A stretch of 64,000 nucleotides of DNA from a plasmid, in sequence record NZ_CP035507.1; one strand, 5' to 3'. The notes under the pieces are model-generated. The model made no database searches and was not told the origin of the DNA. It worked only from the letters and a program-made list of their open reading frames with translations. The position numbers were made by a program, and so were the translations under genes. Positions 36,676 to 47,264 of this stretch are shown here, in pieces. Within the stretch, counting starts at the first letter, position 1; every line of letters begins with the position of its first letter.

Positions 36676-37349
36676 TCGGAACGGTCCGATCGGATGGCAT
36701 ATTGGGTGACGGTGAAGCCGAAGGGGTTCTGCCAGACATCGTCGATCGAGCGGGTCCGTTCGGGTTGGAAGGCAAACATCAGTGTGGCGGTGAAAGATCC
36801 GTCCTGCGCCCCTTGCGGGCTGGTCAGGCGCTTTCTGAGACGCACCTGCGCGCGGTTGTCGCCGATGAGCGTGATCGAGGCGATCTCGACGGCCATCTCT
36901 GCGGCTGGGCCGTAGCGGGTCGGCGGGTAGCTCTCCTGCCCCGAGGTCCACATGGCGCGCATGCTGGCCTCGGCAGCACCGCTGGATTGCGCCAACACAC
37001 GGCGCACGCGTAGATCGTTGTCGAGCTGGTTGTACGCCTCGCGATCCAGAATGTAGCGATAGATCTGCGCCTCGATGATGGCCGGGCGCTCGGCAAGCGA
37101 TACCGTCTCAACCGTTGCATTCGGCAGGGCCAGACCCGTGGCGGGATCATAGGGCACGACGACCGGTGGGGGCGTCTCGACCATCAGGGCGACAGCAGCG
37201 GCCGCAAGGCAGCCTAAAACGCCGAAGCCTGCCCCGCCAAGGCCGATCATCCGCCAGAGCTGCTCCCGGCGCAGTGCGCCATGGATCAGTTCCTCTTCGA
37301 CGATTTCTCGCGTGCTCATACCTGCCGTCATGTCTGGAGCCTTGCTCAT
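36672..37349 (-). CDS. virB8: VirB8
   Basis: Single TM then an NTF2-like region; typical size and position. Confidence 0.7.
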   Translation of the reverse strand: MSKAPDMTAGMSTREIVEEELIHGALRREQLWRMIGLGGAGFGVLGCLAAAAVALMVETPPPVVVPYDPATGLALPNATVETVSLAERPAIIEAQIYRYILDREAYNQLDNDLRVRRVLAQSSGAAEASMRAMWTSGQESYPPTRYGPAAEMAVEIASITLIGDNRAQVRLRKRLTSPQGAQDGSFTATLMFAFQPERTRSIDDVWQNPFGFTVTQYAIRSDRSE

Positions 37350-38143
37350 GGCGCGAGGCTCGGCAGGGTGAAGTCCATATAGCGGCGCTCTTCGGCGACG
37401 GCGGCAGCATCCACCACGCCGGCATTGCCCGCGCCGAGGGTCTGGATGGCTTCAAGTTCCCACATCCGCGTCATCGCGATGGCCAGTTCCGCCGTAACAC
37501 GGGTGTTGTGGTCCATCGACGCCTTCAGATCCTCCATGTCGGGGATCATCGCGACGAGCTGTTCGACGCGTTCGAGCGACTGGGCCGCCTCTGCATGGCT
37601 ATTCTGGGCGGCAGCCGACATCACAGCGCCGGTCGTGGCGCGGGTGGCGACACCTTCAGCGCCGGGATTGCCGCTCGTGGCGATCTCGCGCAGCGAGTCC
37701 TCGTCGAACCCGGCGCTGGCCAGAGCCTGTTCCATCTGCGTGCGTAGGGGACCTGCGTTGGGGCCGATCAGGCTCGACCAATCGCCCGCCTGGATACCCC
37801 GGATCAGACCGGGAATGTCTTCGAAATTGGCCTGCAGGAGGCCGTCGAGATCGCCGCCCATGGCGAGACCGAGAATGCTGCGCGGCCCGGTCAGCGAGGC
37901 ATACATCTCCTCGAGCTGGTCGAACTGCTGCTGCAGGAGGTCGAGCTGTGCCAACGCATTGTCCAGAAGATCGGTCTGGATCCCGAAATCCTGCAGCATC
38001 TGCTGAAGCTGGCGGATTTCCTGGGCGATGTTCTGGGTATCGACCGTGGGCACGCCCTGTGCGGTGACTGGCCCCGCAAGGGCAGTGGTCAGCGCGAGGG
38101 TCGCGGCGGTGGTGGTGAGGGAACGGTACAAACGCCGGATCAT
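37346..38143 (-). CDS. VirB5/TrbJ-like secreted coiled-coil protein
   Basis: Signal peptide plus QNIAQEIRQLQQMLQ coiled coil. Confidence 0.55.
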   Translation of the reverse strand: MIRRLYRSLTTTAATLALTTALAGPVTAQGVPTVDTQNIAQEIRQLQQMLQDFGIQTDLLDNALAQLDLLQQQFDQLEEMYASLTGPRSILGLAMGGDLDGLLQANFEDIPGLIRGIQAGDWSSLIGPNAGPLRTQMEQALASAGFDEDSLREIATSGNPGAEGVATRATTGAVMSAAAQNSHAEAAQSLERVEQLVAMIPDMEDLKASMDHNTRVTAELAIAMTRMWELEAIQTLGAGNAGVVDAAAVAEERRYMDFTLPSLAP

Positions 38144-39318
38144 CGCAATGTCTCCTGGGTGAAATCCATGAACTGCCGCTCAGCGGCTTGGGCCGCGGCC
38201 ATGGCGAGCTGTTCCTCGCTCAGCGGCTGGGTATGGGCGGCCTTGATCCGGGTGCGGATCGCGACCAGCCGGGCCAGCTCGGCGCGCGCATAAGTGTTGA
38301 GCGCGATCGCCTCGTGCAGATCTTCGGTCTCGCCGATGCGGGTGATGATGTCCTGCACGCGCAGGGCGGCAGCGCGGACCGAGACCAGCGAGTAGTCGCC
38401 ATAAACGCCTGCACCATGGGCCGAGAGGCTGAAACTTGCGTTGGCAAGGAGCACAGGGTCGATGGTGCCGAGCGCATCGATGCCGCCCACGGCGGCGAGG
38501 TAGCTGTTGTACTGCTGCGGGATCACCACAACGTAATGCTGGGTTTCCGCGAAGGGCGGGACGCCGCCGTAGTCCTGCACGTTGCCTGGGCCTGCGTTGT
38601 AAGCGGCAAGCGCATGGATGATGTTGCCATCGAACATGTTCAGCATCATCGCGAGGTAACGCGCACCGCCTGTGACCTGCAGGTACGGGTCGTCGTAATA
38701 GGCCGGGTTGATGCCAAGATCGCTCGCGGTAGCGGGCATGATCTGCGTGAGCCCGAAAGCCCCAACGGGGGAGCGTGCCCCGATCTGGAACCGGCTTTCC
38801 TGCCAGATCAGCGCTTGCAGCAGGCAGCGCCACTGGACCAGCGACAGCCCCGCGCGGCTTACACCCGGTAGGCTATGCGTGTCGCGTGCGGCACGGATAA
38901 TCAGCTCCTCGATCCCTTCCCGGGCATCGCCGAACATCCGGGCTGCGGCCGGGTTGTTGTCCTCGGGCGCGTAGAGGCTGGCCGCAGCACTCTCGACGTC
39001 CTCAACCGCCCCCTGCCCCGCCTCGAGCCCGGCCGCGGTGCCAGCCACATCGCCCGAGCCGAGGGACATGGCATCCATCAGCCCTTCGAGCGAGGCGAGT
39101 TGCTGGCGTTCGATCTCGGCCAGCTCCTCCTCGCGCGTCAGCCGGTCCTGCTGTAGCGCCAGATCCTGATCGGTCTGATCGAGGATTGCCTGCCGCTCTG
39201 CGAAGAGGCGCAGGTCGAATGTCGGCACGCCCTGTCCGATCGCTGGCCCCGCCGTGGGACCTGCAAGTGCGAGGCCGATCATCGAGAGGGGGAGCCAGCT
39301 CCGCATCCGCTCAGCCAC
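38140..39318 (-). CDS. Lytic transglycosylase (SLT domain) with an N-terminal coiled coil
   Basis: ESRFQ...GAFGLTQIMPATA...AYNAGPGNV SLT motifs. Confidence 0.75.
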   Translation of the reverse strand: MAERMRSWLPLSMIGLALAGPTAGPAIGQGVPTFDLRLFAERQAILDQTDQDLALQQDRLTREEELAEIERQQLASLEGLMDAMSLGSGDVAGTAAGLEAGQGAVEDVESAAASLYAPEDNNPAAARMFGDAREGIEELIIRAARDTHSLPGVSRAGLSLVQWRCLLQALIWQESRFQIGARSPVGAFGLTQIMPATASDLGINPAYYDDPYLQVTGGARYLAMMLNMFDGNIIHALAAYNAGPGNVQDYGGVPPFAETQHYVVVIPQQYNSYLAAVGGIDALGTIDPVLLANASFSLSAHGAGVYGDYSLVSVRAAALRVQDIITRIGETEDLHEAIALNTYARAELARLVAIRTRIKAAHTQPLSEEQLAMAAAQAAERQFMDFTQETLR

Positions 39319-39532
39319 CCGCCCCCAGCAGCACGAAATCGCACGCCGTATCGCGGCGCGTGACCTCCGCGCCCATGGTCGAGATCGTCGTCGTGGCGGT
39401 GGCAGTTCCTGCCTGTAGAGGCGCGTCGCGGAAGTTGAAGCAGTTGGCCTGCGCGGGGTTATACTGCGCGCAGGCTGTCAGGCTCAGGCCAACGCCAAGC
39501 AGCACGGCGCTGCGCGTGATGGTACGGGTCAT
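39311..39532 (-). CDS. Small lipoprotein (VirB7-like position)
   Basis: Lipobox LSLTAC; ATGA overlap with the virB4 stop. Confidence 0.4.
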   Translation of the reverse strand: MTRTITRSAVLLGVGLSLTACAQYNPAQANCFNFRDAPLQAGTATATTTISTMGAEVTRRDTACDFVLLGAGG

Positions 39533-41925
39533 ATCACTCTCCAGAAATCAGGGCGGTCGCGGTAATCGGAGCCAACAAGAGCCTCGCCCTTCTCCATGCC
39601 GCCAAGGATGGTCACGAGGGGACCGAGGGCGCTGAGATCGGCGTCGATCACCACCGCGCCACGGTCATCGCGCACTAGCGCGAGGCGAGAGGCGGAGCCG
39701 ACGCCCAGAAGCACGTCGAGTTCTTTCTCGCTGAGGCCGAGCATGGCGTAGTCGGCAGCCGAGGCGCGGATGTTGGGCAGGAGCACCTGGGTTGGCACGG
39801 CTTCGACGATGGTCTTGCCGGTCCGGGTGCGCTCGAGCTGGCTGGCATACTGGGTCATCATCACGACGACCGCGTTCTGTTTGCGGGCGGTCACCAGCCA
39901 GTTCGAGAGCCGCTCGGCGAAATACGCGTTGTCGAGCGCCTTCCAGGCCTCGTCGATGACGATGATGGTTGGCTTGCGGTCCTCGATCACCCGTTCGACT
40001 CGGCGGAAGAGATAGGAAAGGACCGCCATGCGTTCCCGCTCGCTCTCTGAGTCGAGGATGCCGGTCAGGTCGAAGCCCGCGACGTCAGCGTCGGTGCTGC
40101 CCCCGATCTGGAACGTGTCTTCCGCGTTCGCCCCAAAGATCCAGCCATAGCGTCCCTCGGCTGTCCATTCCTGCATCCTCTCGAAGAGGTCGCCCTCGTC
40201 GTCGGTCGAGACGAGGAGTGAGGCGAAGTCGGACCAGTTGCGCAGCCCCGCGTTCCCCGCACTGGCGTTCTGGCGCACGACCTCCTGCAGGCGGTTAGTC
40301 TGCACCGGGGTCAGGGGCCGGTCCCGGCGCTCGAGGAGGCTTGCAAGCCAGTCGGCAAGCCAGGCCTGCCCGCGGGCGTCGATCTCGGTCTGGAGGGGAT
40401 TGAGGCCAGTGGGTCGCCCTGCCCGCACGGTCGAATAGCTGCCGCCGAGCGCGCGGACCGCCATTTCCATGCCGACGCGATAGTCGAAGACGAAGACCCG
40501 CGCACCTGCCCGCCGTGCCATGGTCATGAGGAAAGCCGCCAGCACGGATTTGCCCGATCCGGGGCGGCCGAGGATCAACGTGTGGCCACCTGTGGGCTCA
40601 CGGTCCGGCGCGCCCTGTTCGTGAAAGTTGAAGCGGAACCCGCTGCGCTCAGGCGTCGGGAACAGCGTGATCGGTACGCCCCAGGGCACTTCCCTGCCAG
40701 TTTTGCCCAGTGGCGTGCGGTGGAAGGTGGCGAGATCGGCAAAGTTGTGGTTCGTGATCGCGGCCTTGCGGCTGCGCGCCCCGGTGTTCCCGGGATGCTG
40801 CGCCATGAAATGCGCCCGCGCCCCGAAGGCTTCCGAGATCAGGTTGATGCCGGAGGTGGCGGATATGTTGCGGATTTCGGCCGCGATGTCGTCGAGGGCG
40901 GCCTGGCTGCGCGCGTAAACGGCCACCGTCATGTGGTGCTCGCCGAAGATCAGGCGTTTTGATTCCAGATCGTCCTGCGCGAGTTCCAACTCCTGAGCGA
41001 GGCTGACCGCCCCGTCATTGGCGGCCTGCATGAGGCGCAGCTGCCGCTTGATCCGGCCTGCCATGATGTTGGCGTTGATCGGCACGAAAGAGTGGGTGAC
41101 CACCATGTCGACGGGCAGGTTGAGCTCGTCGAGCATCAGGCTGTCGGTCTTGGCGGGATAGTTCTTCACCGCGAAGATCGCGCCGAGCTTGTCGCCGACG
41201 GCGCCGTCGGAGAGCGCGATGGTCGTGCCGCGGAAGGTGACGCGGGTATTGGCCACATCCTCGGCAATCACCCCCAGGCGCGACCGCGGAAAAAGCGGGT
41301 GCTCTTCGCCCGTGTTCAGGGATCCGAGAAACCCGAGAAGCTCGCCAGTGCTGGCGGCAAGCATCCGGGGTTTCAGCTCATCAAAAGACGACAGGAGGAA
41401 GCCCACGACCTCGTCGAGCTTGCGCAAGCGCCGGGTCGTGTCCGCCGCATGCCGCGCGCGGGACGCCCCAAGTCGGAAGGGCAAGCGACTGCCGGTCTCT
41501 GGTCGCTTCAGCACAGTCAGGGTCAGTGTCTTGTCGCGCAGGCCAGATTGACCCAGATGCGCGCGCCAGCGCTGGTCCACGGCGGCCGCAAACCCCTCGC
41601 CCGGAATGGGCGGCAGGGTCACATCGACCGCTTTCGAGACCTTGTGCAGGTAGAAGGAGAACTCGGTCCCGACCTGCGCCACGATGCCAGCCAGCAACCC
41701 TCCGATCCGGTCGAGATGCCCGTCCTCGCTCGTGGTGCTGTTCACTCCTTCGAGGCGAATGCATTGCATCAGCTCGTTGCCCCGCGTCCGGATCGTCCGG
41801 TCGGTCACGAGGCTCACATAAGGCAGCATCGACGAGAGCCGCTTCTCGCCCTTGACCCACGCAGGCAGCGCGGTCACCGGATCGAGGGCGTTCTCAACCT
41901 CATCGGCAATTCCATCACGGGGCAT
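39529..41925 (-). CDS. virB4: VirB4/TrbE T4SS ATPase
   Basis: ~800 aa, Walker A LILGRPGSGKS, conserved C-terminal region. Confidence 0.9.
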   Translation of the reverse strand: MPRDGIADEVENALDPVTALPAWVKGEKRLSSMLPYVSLVTDRTIRTRGNELMQCIRLEGVNSTTSEDGHLDRIGGLLAGIVAQVGTEFSFYLHKVSKAVDVTLPPIPGEGFAAAVDQRWRAHLGQSGLRDKTLTLTVLKRPETGSRLPFRLGASRARHAADTTRRLRKLDEVVGFLLSSFDELKPRMLAASTGELLGFLGSLNTGEEHPLFPRSRLGVIAEDVANTRVTFRGTTIALSDGAVGDKLGAIFAVKNYPAKTDSLMLDELNLPVDMVVTHSFVPINANIMAGRIKRQLRLMQAANDGAVSLAQELELAQDDLESKRLIFGEHHMTVAVYARSQAALDDIAAEIRNISATSGINLISEAFGARAHFMAQHPGNTGARSRKAAITNHNFADLATFHRTPLGKTGREVPWGVPITLFPTPERSGFRFNFHEQGAPDREPTGGHTLILGRPGSGKSVLAAFLMTMARRAGARVFVFDYRVGMEMAVRALGGSYSTVRAGRPTGLNPLQTEIDARGQAWLADWLASLLERRDRPLTPVQTNRLQEVVRQNASAGNAGLRNWSDFASLLVSTDDEGDLFERMQEWTAEGRYGWIFGANAEDTFQIGGSTDADVAGFDLTGILDSESERERMAVLSYLFRRVERVIEDRKPTIIVIDEAWKALDNAYFAERLSNWLVTARKQNAVVVMMTQYASQLERTRTGKTIVEAVPTQVLLPNIRASAADYAMLGLSEKELDVLLGVGSASRLALVRDDRGAVVIDADLSALGPLVTILGGMEKGEALVGSDYRDRPDFWRVI

Positions 41926-42193
41926 AGCTGTCGCCCCCGTGGAGCTTGCGGTTCGCCGTGGGTGGGGTTTCCTGCAAGGTGATCACGAGGACATCGAGAA
42001 AGTTCGGATCCCAGTCCGCGGCTTTCCAAAGCGCGGGCCAGGCCAGCCCCGCGAAGACGGCCACCACCCAGCTCTGCACCCAGAGGAACAGGAGCGTCGA
42101 GCCGAAGAGCCAGACCATGGCGTACATGATTGGCAGGCCCATCAGCTTGGGCGGCCTGAGAAGGCCGATGAATACGCGGGACTGGTCGGACAT
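41915..42193 (-). CDS. virB3: VirB3/TrbD
   Basis: 92 aa, two TM segments, immediately upstream of virB4. Confidence 0.65.
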   Translation of the reverse strand: MSDQSRVFIGLLRPPKLMGLPIMYAMVWLFGSTLLFLWVQSWVVAVFAGLAWPALWKAADWDPNFLDVLVITLQETPPTANRKLHGGDSYAP

Positions 42194-42202
42194 CGGTTTG
42201 GC

Positions 42203-42493
42203 TCAGGTCGTCCAGATGGCGGCGACGATGGTGGGTGCTGCAGCGATGCCCGCGATCGCGACCACGACCCAGAGCGCTTGGCGGAAATCGAGGATGCCGA
42301 AGAGCCAGGACAGAAACACACCGATCAGCGCGAGCGTGCCGATCACGATGCCCAAGGGGCCGGTGATCGCGTCTACGATGCCTTGCAGCAGCGTCTGCAC
42401 GGGTGACAGGTCAATGCTTTGGGCCAGCGCAGGGCCTGCCATCACGATAAGGGCCATCGCGCCGAGCGCGACAAAGGAAGATTTGGACTTCAC
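42203..42493 (-). CDS. virB2: VirB2/TrbC pilin
   Basis: 96 aa, signal peptide plus two hydrophobic segments. Confidence 0.65.
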   Translation of the reverse strand: MKSKSSFVALGAMALIVMAGPALAQSIDLSPVQTLLQGIVDAITGPLGIVIGTLALIGVFLSWLFGILDFRQALWVVVAIAGIAAAPTIVAAIWTT

Positions 42494-43212
42494 GAAAGGT
42501 CTCCTCTCAGCCGCTGGAACACGGCTGTCACACGGGCCACATGGCCTTGGGTTTCTCGAAAGGGGGGAATACCGCCATGGCGGGTGACCGCATGGGGACC
42601 GGCATTGTAGGCAGCGAGCGCCAACGCGGGATCGCCGAACTGCTCGAGCATCATCAACAGGTATCGCGCCGAGCCGTCGAGGTTCTGGGCGACGTCATGG
42701 GGATCGACGCCGAGATCGCGCGCGGTGTCGGGCATCAGCTGGCCGAGCCCAATGGCTCCAACCGGGCTCAGCGCACGCGGGTTATAGGCGCTCTCGACCT
42801 CGATGTTGGCGCGATAGAACAGCGCCCAATCGGTGACCGACAGACCCGCCTGGCGCAAAGCGTCATGACTGCCGTAACGCAAGGCGGTGGTCTCGATGGC
42901 GTGGAGGATTTCGGGGGAGGCGCGGACGGCGCGCGGGGCGATCGCTGCGGCAGCTGTCACATCGCTCAGGGGAGCATCATTCCCACGGGACTGCGGTGCT
43001 GCAAAGAGAAAGAGACGATCTGGAAGGGGCCCATTCTGGGCATCTTCGTCGCCAGTGAACGAGCGCAAGGTGCTCGCAGTCTCGGCGGTGTCGATCAGTC
43101 GGCCATCAGGGCTGACCTGGAAGATGAAACCGTCGGCCAGGGCCAGGGGCGCGGTACAAACGCCTGTACCCAATGCAACGACGAGCGCAAACGCGCAGTC
43201 AGTTGTCCTTGA
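42490..43212 (-). CDS. Second lytic transglycosylase (VirB1-like); start codon not resolved
   Basis: SLT motifs ESAYNPRALSPVGAIGLGQLMP...AYNAGPHAV; no canonical start was found near the expected signal peptide. Confidence 0.55.
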   Translation of the reverse strand, partial: SRTTDCAFALVVALGTGVCTAPLALADGFIFQVSPDGRLIDTAETASTLRSFTGDEDAQNGPLPDRLFLFAAPQSRGNDAPLSDVTAAAAIAPRAVRASPEILHAIETTALRYGSHDALRQAGLSVTDWALFYRANIEVESAYNPRALSPVGAIGLGQLMPDTARDLGVDPHDVAQNLDGSARYLLMMLEQFGDPALALAAYNAGPHAVTRHGGIPPFRETQGHVARVTAVFQRLRGDLS

Positions 43213-43558
43213 CCAGAACCGGGCCGGTCCGCGGCTCGGACGTGCGCCCGGGTGCTGCGTGACGTTCGCGGGCGCCTTCAATAAGCGGGATGCTGGCGGT
43301 CGTGCAACCCATGTCGGCAAGGAAGCTGACAAGGCCGACGATGGTCTTGAAATCGCGCAGCTTGAGGACGCTGCGACTGGTGACCAGCATCTTGTCGTCG
43401 CGCCCATCCGGGGCAACGGCTCGGATGACCCAGGCGCCGTACCAACTGTTGTGGCGCTTCTCGGCCCCTTCCTTGCAGACCACCTCGATGAGGTAGCCTT
43501 CGGCAAGGAGGCCGCGCAGTCCGTCTTCTGTAACCACATTCGGGGCTTCTTCTATCAT
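43199..43558 (-). CDS. Hypothetical protein (first gene of the virB transcription unit?)
   Basis: ATG 43558 preceded by AAGGGAAGG; 119 aa. Confidence 0.35.
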   Translation of the reverse strand: MIEEAPNVVTEDGLRGLLAEGYLIEVVCKEGAEKRHNSWYGAWVIRAVAPDGRDDKMLVTSRSVLKLRDFKTIVGLVSFLADMGCTTASIPLIEGARERHAAPGRTSEPRTGPVLVKDN

Positions 43559-43752
43559 GGCCTTCCCTTGGGTCCTTTTTCTGCTTGGGTGCAGTCTCGG
43601 GCCCACGGAGTCGCAACACCGCGGGCGATACAAGACAACATGAACGATAGCAAGACAATTAAAACAACTTGACGAAGATCGCCTTGCTCCGATAACGGTG
43701 ATAGCTGACAAAATCATAATCTTAAAGGCGGCAAAGGAGTTTTGCCCTGCAC
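43559..43752. promoter_or_regulatory. AT-richer divergent promoter region upstream of the virB operon; small hairpin GGCAAAggagtTTTGCC at the start of the + strand ORF
   Basis: Read directly from the sequence. Confidence 0.3.
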
Positions 43753-44028
43753 ATGACCTGTGCGCGCAACATCCCCCTAGTGCTGCTGATCACCGTGCTC
43801 GTGGCGGGTGGTCCGGCTCACGCTTGCACCCCGCCGGAGCGGCCGTTCCTGCCCGCGTCACGCGAAGACATGCGCGCCTATGCGGATCTGATCCGGAGGG
43901 ACTTTGAAGCCTATGTCGCCGACGTGCAGGATTACTTCCGCTGCCTCGACGAGGAGCGGGCGCGAGCCTTTATCGAAGCGAGGGAAGTGAGCGAGGAGTA
44001 CGGGCGGTTTCTCGACGCAGTGGAGTAG
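43753..44028 (+). CDS. Small secreted hypothetical protein
   Basis: Signal peptide NIPLVLLITVLVAGGPAHA. Confidence 0.35.
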   Translation: MTCARNIPLVLLITVLVAGGPAHACTPPERPFLPASREDMRAYADLIRRDFEAYVADVQDYFRCLDEERARAFIEAREVSEEYGRFLDAVE

Positions 44029-44104
44029 TGGCCCCCGCCCGGTCCTGAATCCCTGAACGGAGTACCAGCTCATGCACTGCCTGTTTCAAGCGAGCTTTCA
44101 GTCC

Positions 44105-45367
44105 TCAGTCTTCCCGGTCAGGAAAGAGCCCCGGCATCCATCGACCTGCATATTTGGCGGGGAACGCCAGCTTTAGGGGGGCACGTGTCGATACTGAGGA
44201 TAGCGCGCCAGCCTCGAGAAGCGCTGAGGTCACACGTCGCGCCGTACGGTCGCTCGTACCCAGGATGGACTCGACCTCGCCCCGCTCGATCTGTCCCTGA
44301 TAAAGAACAGCTTTCAGAACAATATCGGATTTCACAGGCAGGGATCCGGCACGTATTTCCTCTTCCGCCCAGATCAAAATGCGGTCCCGCAACCGGTCTG
44401 GCCGCATGAGCCCTGCCATGAACTCCACTTGGTCGATGCAAATGCGCAGAAAGAACTGCGCGAAGGAGGCAAGCGCAGCCTCGCTGAGCGTGCCGCGGCC
44501 GTCGCGGTCGCCACGGCGCGGCCCATCACAGGCGGCGAGGTGTTCCTTGTAGGCTGCCTCCTGCCGCGCCAGCCCGCGCGCCACTGACCAAAGGCCGCGC
44601 GTGTCCAGGGTCTTGCGCAGCATGGCGTAGGACATGAGACGTGCAACGCGCCCATTCCCATCAAGGAAGGGGTGCACCCAGAGAAGCCGGTGATGGGCGC
44701 AAGCCGCGGCAAGGATCGGCTCGATCCTGCCGGGAATGCTGTAGGCTTTGTGCATCCGCTCCAGAAAGCGGGGAACAGCACCAGGGCTGATGGCGACATG
44801 GCGCCCAACTTCAACGTATCGGGTGCGCAGTTCGCCAGGTACTATCGGGATTTTTTCACCTGTCTTTGGGCTTTCGACGAAGAGAAGTTCGGGCGGCAAG
44901 AGTTCACAAAACCGGCGATGCAGTTCGATGATTGACGCAGGCGCGGTCGGTGGTTCCACCATGCTATCTTCGTCGATCCATTTCTGAACGGCGACATGCG
45001 CCTTGGCTTCAAGCTGAAGGTTTCGCTTTTTTGGATCGGCGCTGTAATCGTTCCGCATGGCGCGTTCGATGTCGATGGGATGGGTGTCATGCCCCTCGAT
45101 GAGGTTGCTGTAGTAGCAGTTCATCGCCCGCACGAGATCAGCAAGCGGCTCTGCAATTGAAGCGGGCAAGCTGCTGCGGAATGCGGCGGATTTCTCCGCC
45201 AACTCGAGTACAAGATCATTCAAGCCTGAGCGGACAGGAGAGCCCTCCGAGACCATGAGGGGCTCGAACAAGCCTACCGTTTCGCCGTCATCACGGACCA
45301 TCACATTACCTTCCTGCTGGCCGCTTTCTTGACCGTACGCATTCTCCATAAAATGAATATTTATCAT
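44105..45367 (-). CDS. Fic family protein (second copy)
   Basis: HPFLDGNGRVARL motif (~44650-44690 on the minus strand). Confidence 0.8.
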   Translation of the reverse strand: MINIHFMENAYGQESGQQEGNVMVRDDGETVGLFEPLMVSEGSPVRSGLNDLVLELAEKSAAFRSSLPASIAEPLADLVRAMNCYYSNLIEGHDTHPIDIERAMRNDYSADPKKRNLQLEAKAHVAVQKWIDEDSMVEPPTAPASIIELHRRFCELLPPELLFVESPKTGEKIPIVPGELRTRYVEVGRHVAISPGAVPRFLERMHKAYSIPGRIEPILAAACAHHRLLWVHPFLDGNGRVARLMSYAMLRKTLDTRGLWSVARGLARQEAAYKEHLAACDGPRRGDRDGRGTLSEAALASFAQFFLRICIDQVEFMAGLMRPDRLRDRILIWAEEEIRAGSLPVKSDIVLKAVLYQGQIERGEVESILGTSDRTARRVTSALLEAGALSSVSTRAPLKLAFPAKYAGRWMPGLFPDRED

Positions 45368-45602
45368 AGTAGAGCGCTACAGGCTACGGAGATCACGTCC
45401 GGTTATTTGGCCGGTTCGATGTCCACTTATGCTTGGCTCAGGGATCCCATTGCCCAATCGGTGCCCTGAAGCCACGTCACGCGTCAGACCGACATCTGCG
45501 ACCAGCCCTTAGGGGGTCACACCGCAACTCCCGCGATGAAATCTCCTTGCTATCGTGCGTGTTGTTTTGTATCGCCGAACCATTATAGCGGGAGTAGGCG
45601 TC

Positions 45603-46259
45603 ATGAAGCACAGGGTCCGGACCGCGGCGGCTGCCGCGGCCATCACCGTAGCGAGCCTCGTCGGGCCGGTCGAGCCGGCGCAGGCCTATCAGGTCGACTG
45701 CGCCATCTTGCTTTGCCTGGCAGGTGGCTGGCCGGCATCCGCACCCTGTGCCCATGCACGCGCGGTCTTCATCCGTCGGATCACGCCTTGGCCGATCGAA
45801 CCTCCCTTGCAGATCTGGCGTTGCCCGATGGGGGCGTCGTTCAACGCCCCTGCCCCGCTCTCGCCAATGGAACGGCTCTACGACATCGCCTTCCAGGAGG
45901 CGCCTCAGGCCAGCGAACCGCAAGATCCCCTACCCCTGATCCAAGTCCAGTCAGACGAGCACGCTGACATCGATATCTCGGGTGATGCCTTCGATTTCGT
46001 CCGCAGCATCCGCGTGTTTCACATCCAGTTCAGCCAGCGCCGGAACCGAGACGGCGACTGCATCACCTCGGACTCCACGCGCCTCGGCTCCTACGGGGTC
46101 CAAGGCGACTATCACTGGACCCGGTCCAGCGTCGCCCAGGTGCCGCCCGCCTCCGATCTGCCCAACACCGGACACTGCAACTGGGTGAGCTATCGCTCGG
46201 TCTTCGTCGACTGGCGCGATCATGAAGGCAACTACGGCTTCGAAGAGGTCCGCTACTGA
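45603..46259 (+). CDS. Secreted hypothetical protein
   Basis: GGGAGTAGG then ATG 45603; signal peptide MKHRVRTAAAAAAITVASLVGPVEPAQA. Confidence 0.4.
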   Translation: MKHRVRTAAAAAAITVASLVGPVEPAQAYQVDCAILLCLAGGWPASAPCAHARAVFIRRITPWPIEPPLQIWRCPMGASFNAPAPLSPMERLYDIAFQEAPQASEPQDPLPLIQVQSDEHADIDISGDAFDFVRSIRVFHIQFSQRRNRDGDCITSDSTRLGSYGVQGDYHWTRSSVAQVPPASDLPNTGHCNWVSYRSVFVDWRDHEGNYGFEEVRY

Positions 46260-46400
46260 ACCCGGCCGGGCCTCCATCGGGCAGGCCCGCCTCCGACACA
46301 ACTTGCACCGGAGACTGTGCACCGAACCCGAAAAGGGAAACGACGCCAGACCGTAAAGCCTGACGCCGCGCTAGAAGAACCCGTGAACAAGGATCTTCTA

Positions 46401-47264
46401 GGCTCAGGACCCATTGATCTGCTTGAGGCCGCTCGGCTTGCGTGATTCAAGCTACCGAACTGACGGTGGTGATCATGAGCAACCTTTTCTGGCTGACCGA
46501 CGAGCAGATGGAGCGGTTGAAGCCGTTCTTTCCAAAGAGCCATGGCAAGCCGCGGGTCGATGACCGGCGCGTGCTGAGTGGCATAATCTTCATCAACCGC
46601 AATGGGTTAAGATGGTGCGACGTGCCCACTGAGTATGGCCCGCCGAAGACCCTTTACAACCGCTGGAAGCGATGGGGCGATATGGGGGTCTTCGCCCGGA
46701 TGATGGAGGGATTGGCCTCAGAAGGCTGCGAGGAGAAGGTCGTCATGATCGACGCGACCTACCTGAAGGCGCACCGCACGGCCTCAAGCCTGCGGGCGAA
46801 AAAGGGGGGCCCGACGATCAACGCGGGCGTCTGATCGGGCGCACAAAGGGCGGGCTGAACACGAAGCTGCATGCTGTGACCGATGCCAGGGGACGGCCCC
46901 TGAAGTTCTTTATGACGGCGGGCCAAGTCAGCGACTACACCGGCGCCGCCGCCCTGCTGGGCAGCCTGCCCGGTGCCGAATGGCTGATTGCCGACCGGGG
47001 CTACGATGCCGACTGGTTCAGGGAAGCGTTGAAAGACAAGGGGATAAAGCCCTGCATCCCAGGCCGGAAGTCGCGCGGCAAGGCCGTCCGCTACGACAAG
47101 CGCCGCTACAAACGGCGTAATCGCATCGAGATCATGTTCGGCAGGCTCAAGGACTGGCGCCGCGTCGCTACCCGCTACGATAGATGTGCGAAGACCTTCC
47201 TCTCCGCCGTCGCACTGGCCGCAACCGTCTTGTTCTGGCTTTGACGATCAATGAGTCTGGACCC
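46401..47264 (+). mobile_element. IS5-family (IS427-group) insertion sequence, copy 1, 864 bp, flanked by TA/TA
   Basis: Ends defined by comparison with the identical copy at 52112-52975; imperfect terminal inverted repeats GGCTCAGGACCCATTGATC / GATCAATGAGTCTGGACCC. Confidence 0.85.
46442..47244 (+). CDS. IS5-family transposase orfA/orfB with a probable programmed -1 frameshift (A5G6 slippery run near 46798)
   Basis: ORFs 46442-46834 and 46672-47244 overlap; DDE-type C-terminal region. Confidence 0.8.
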
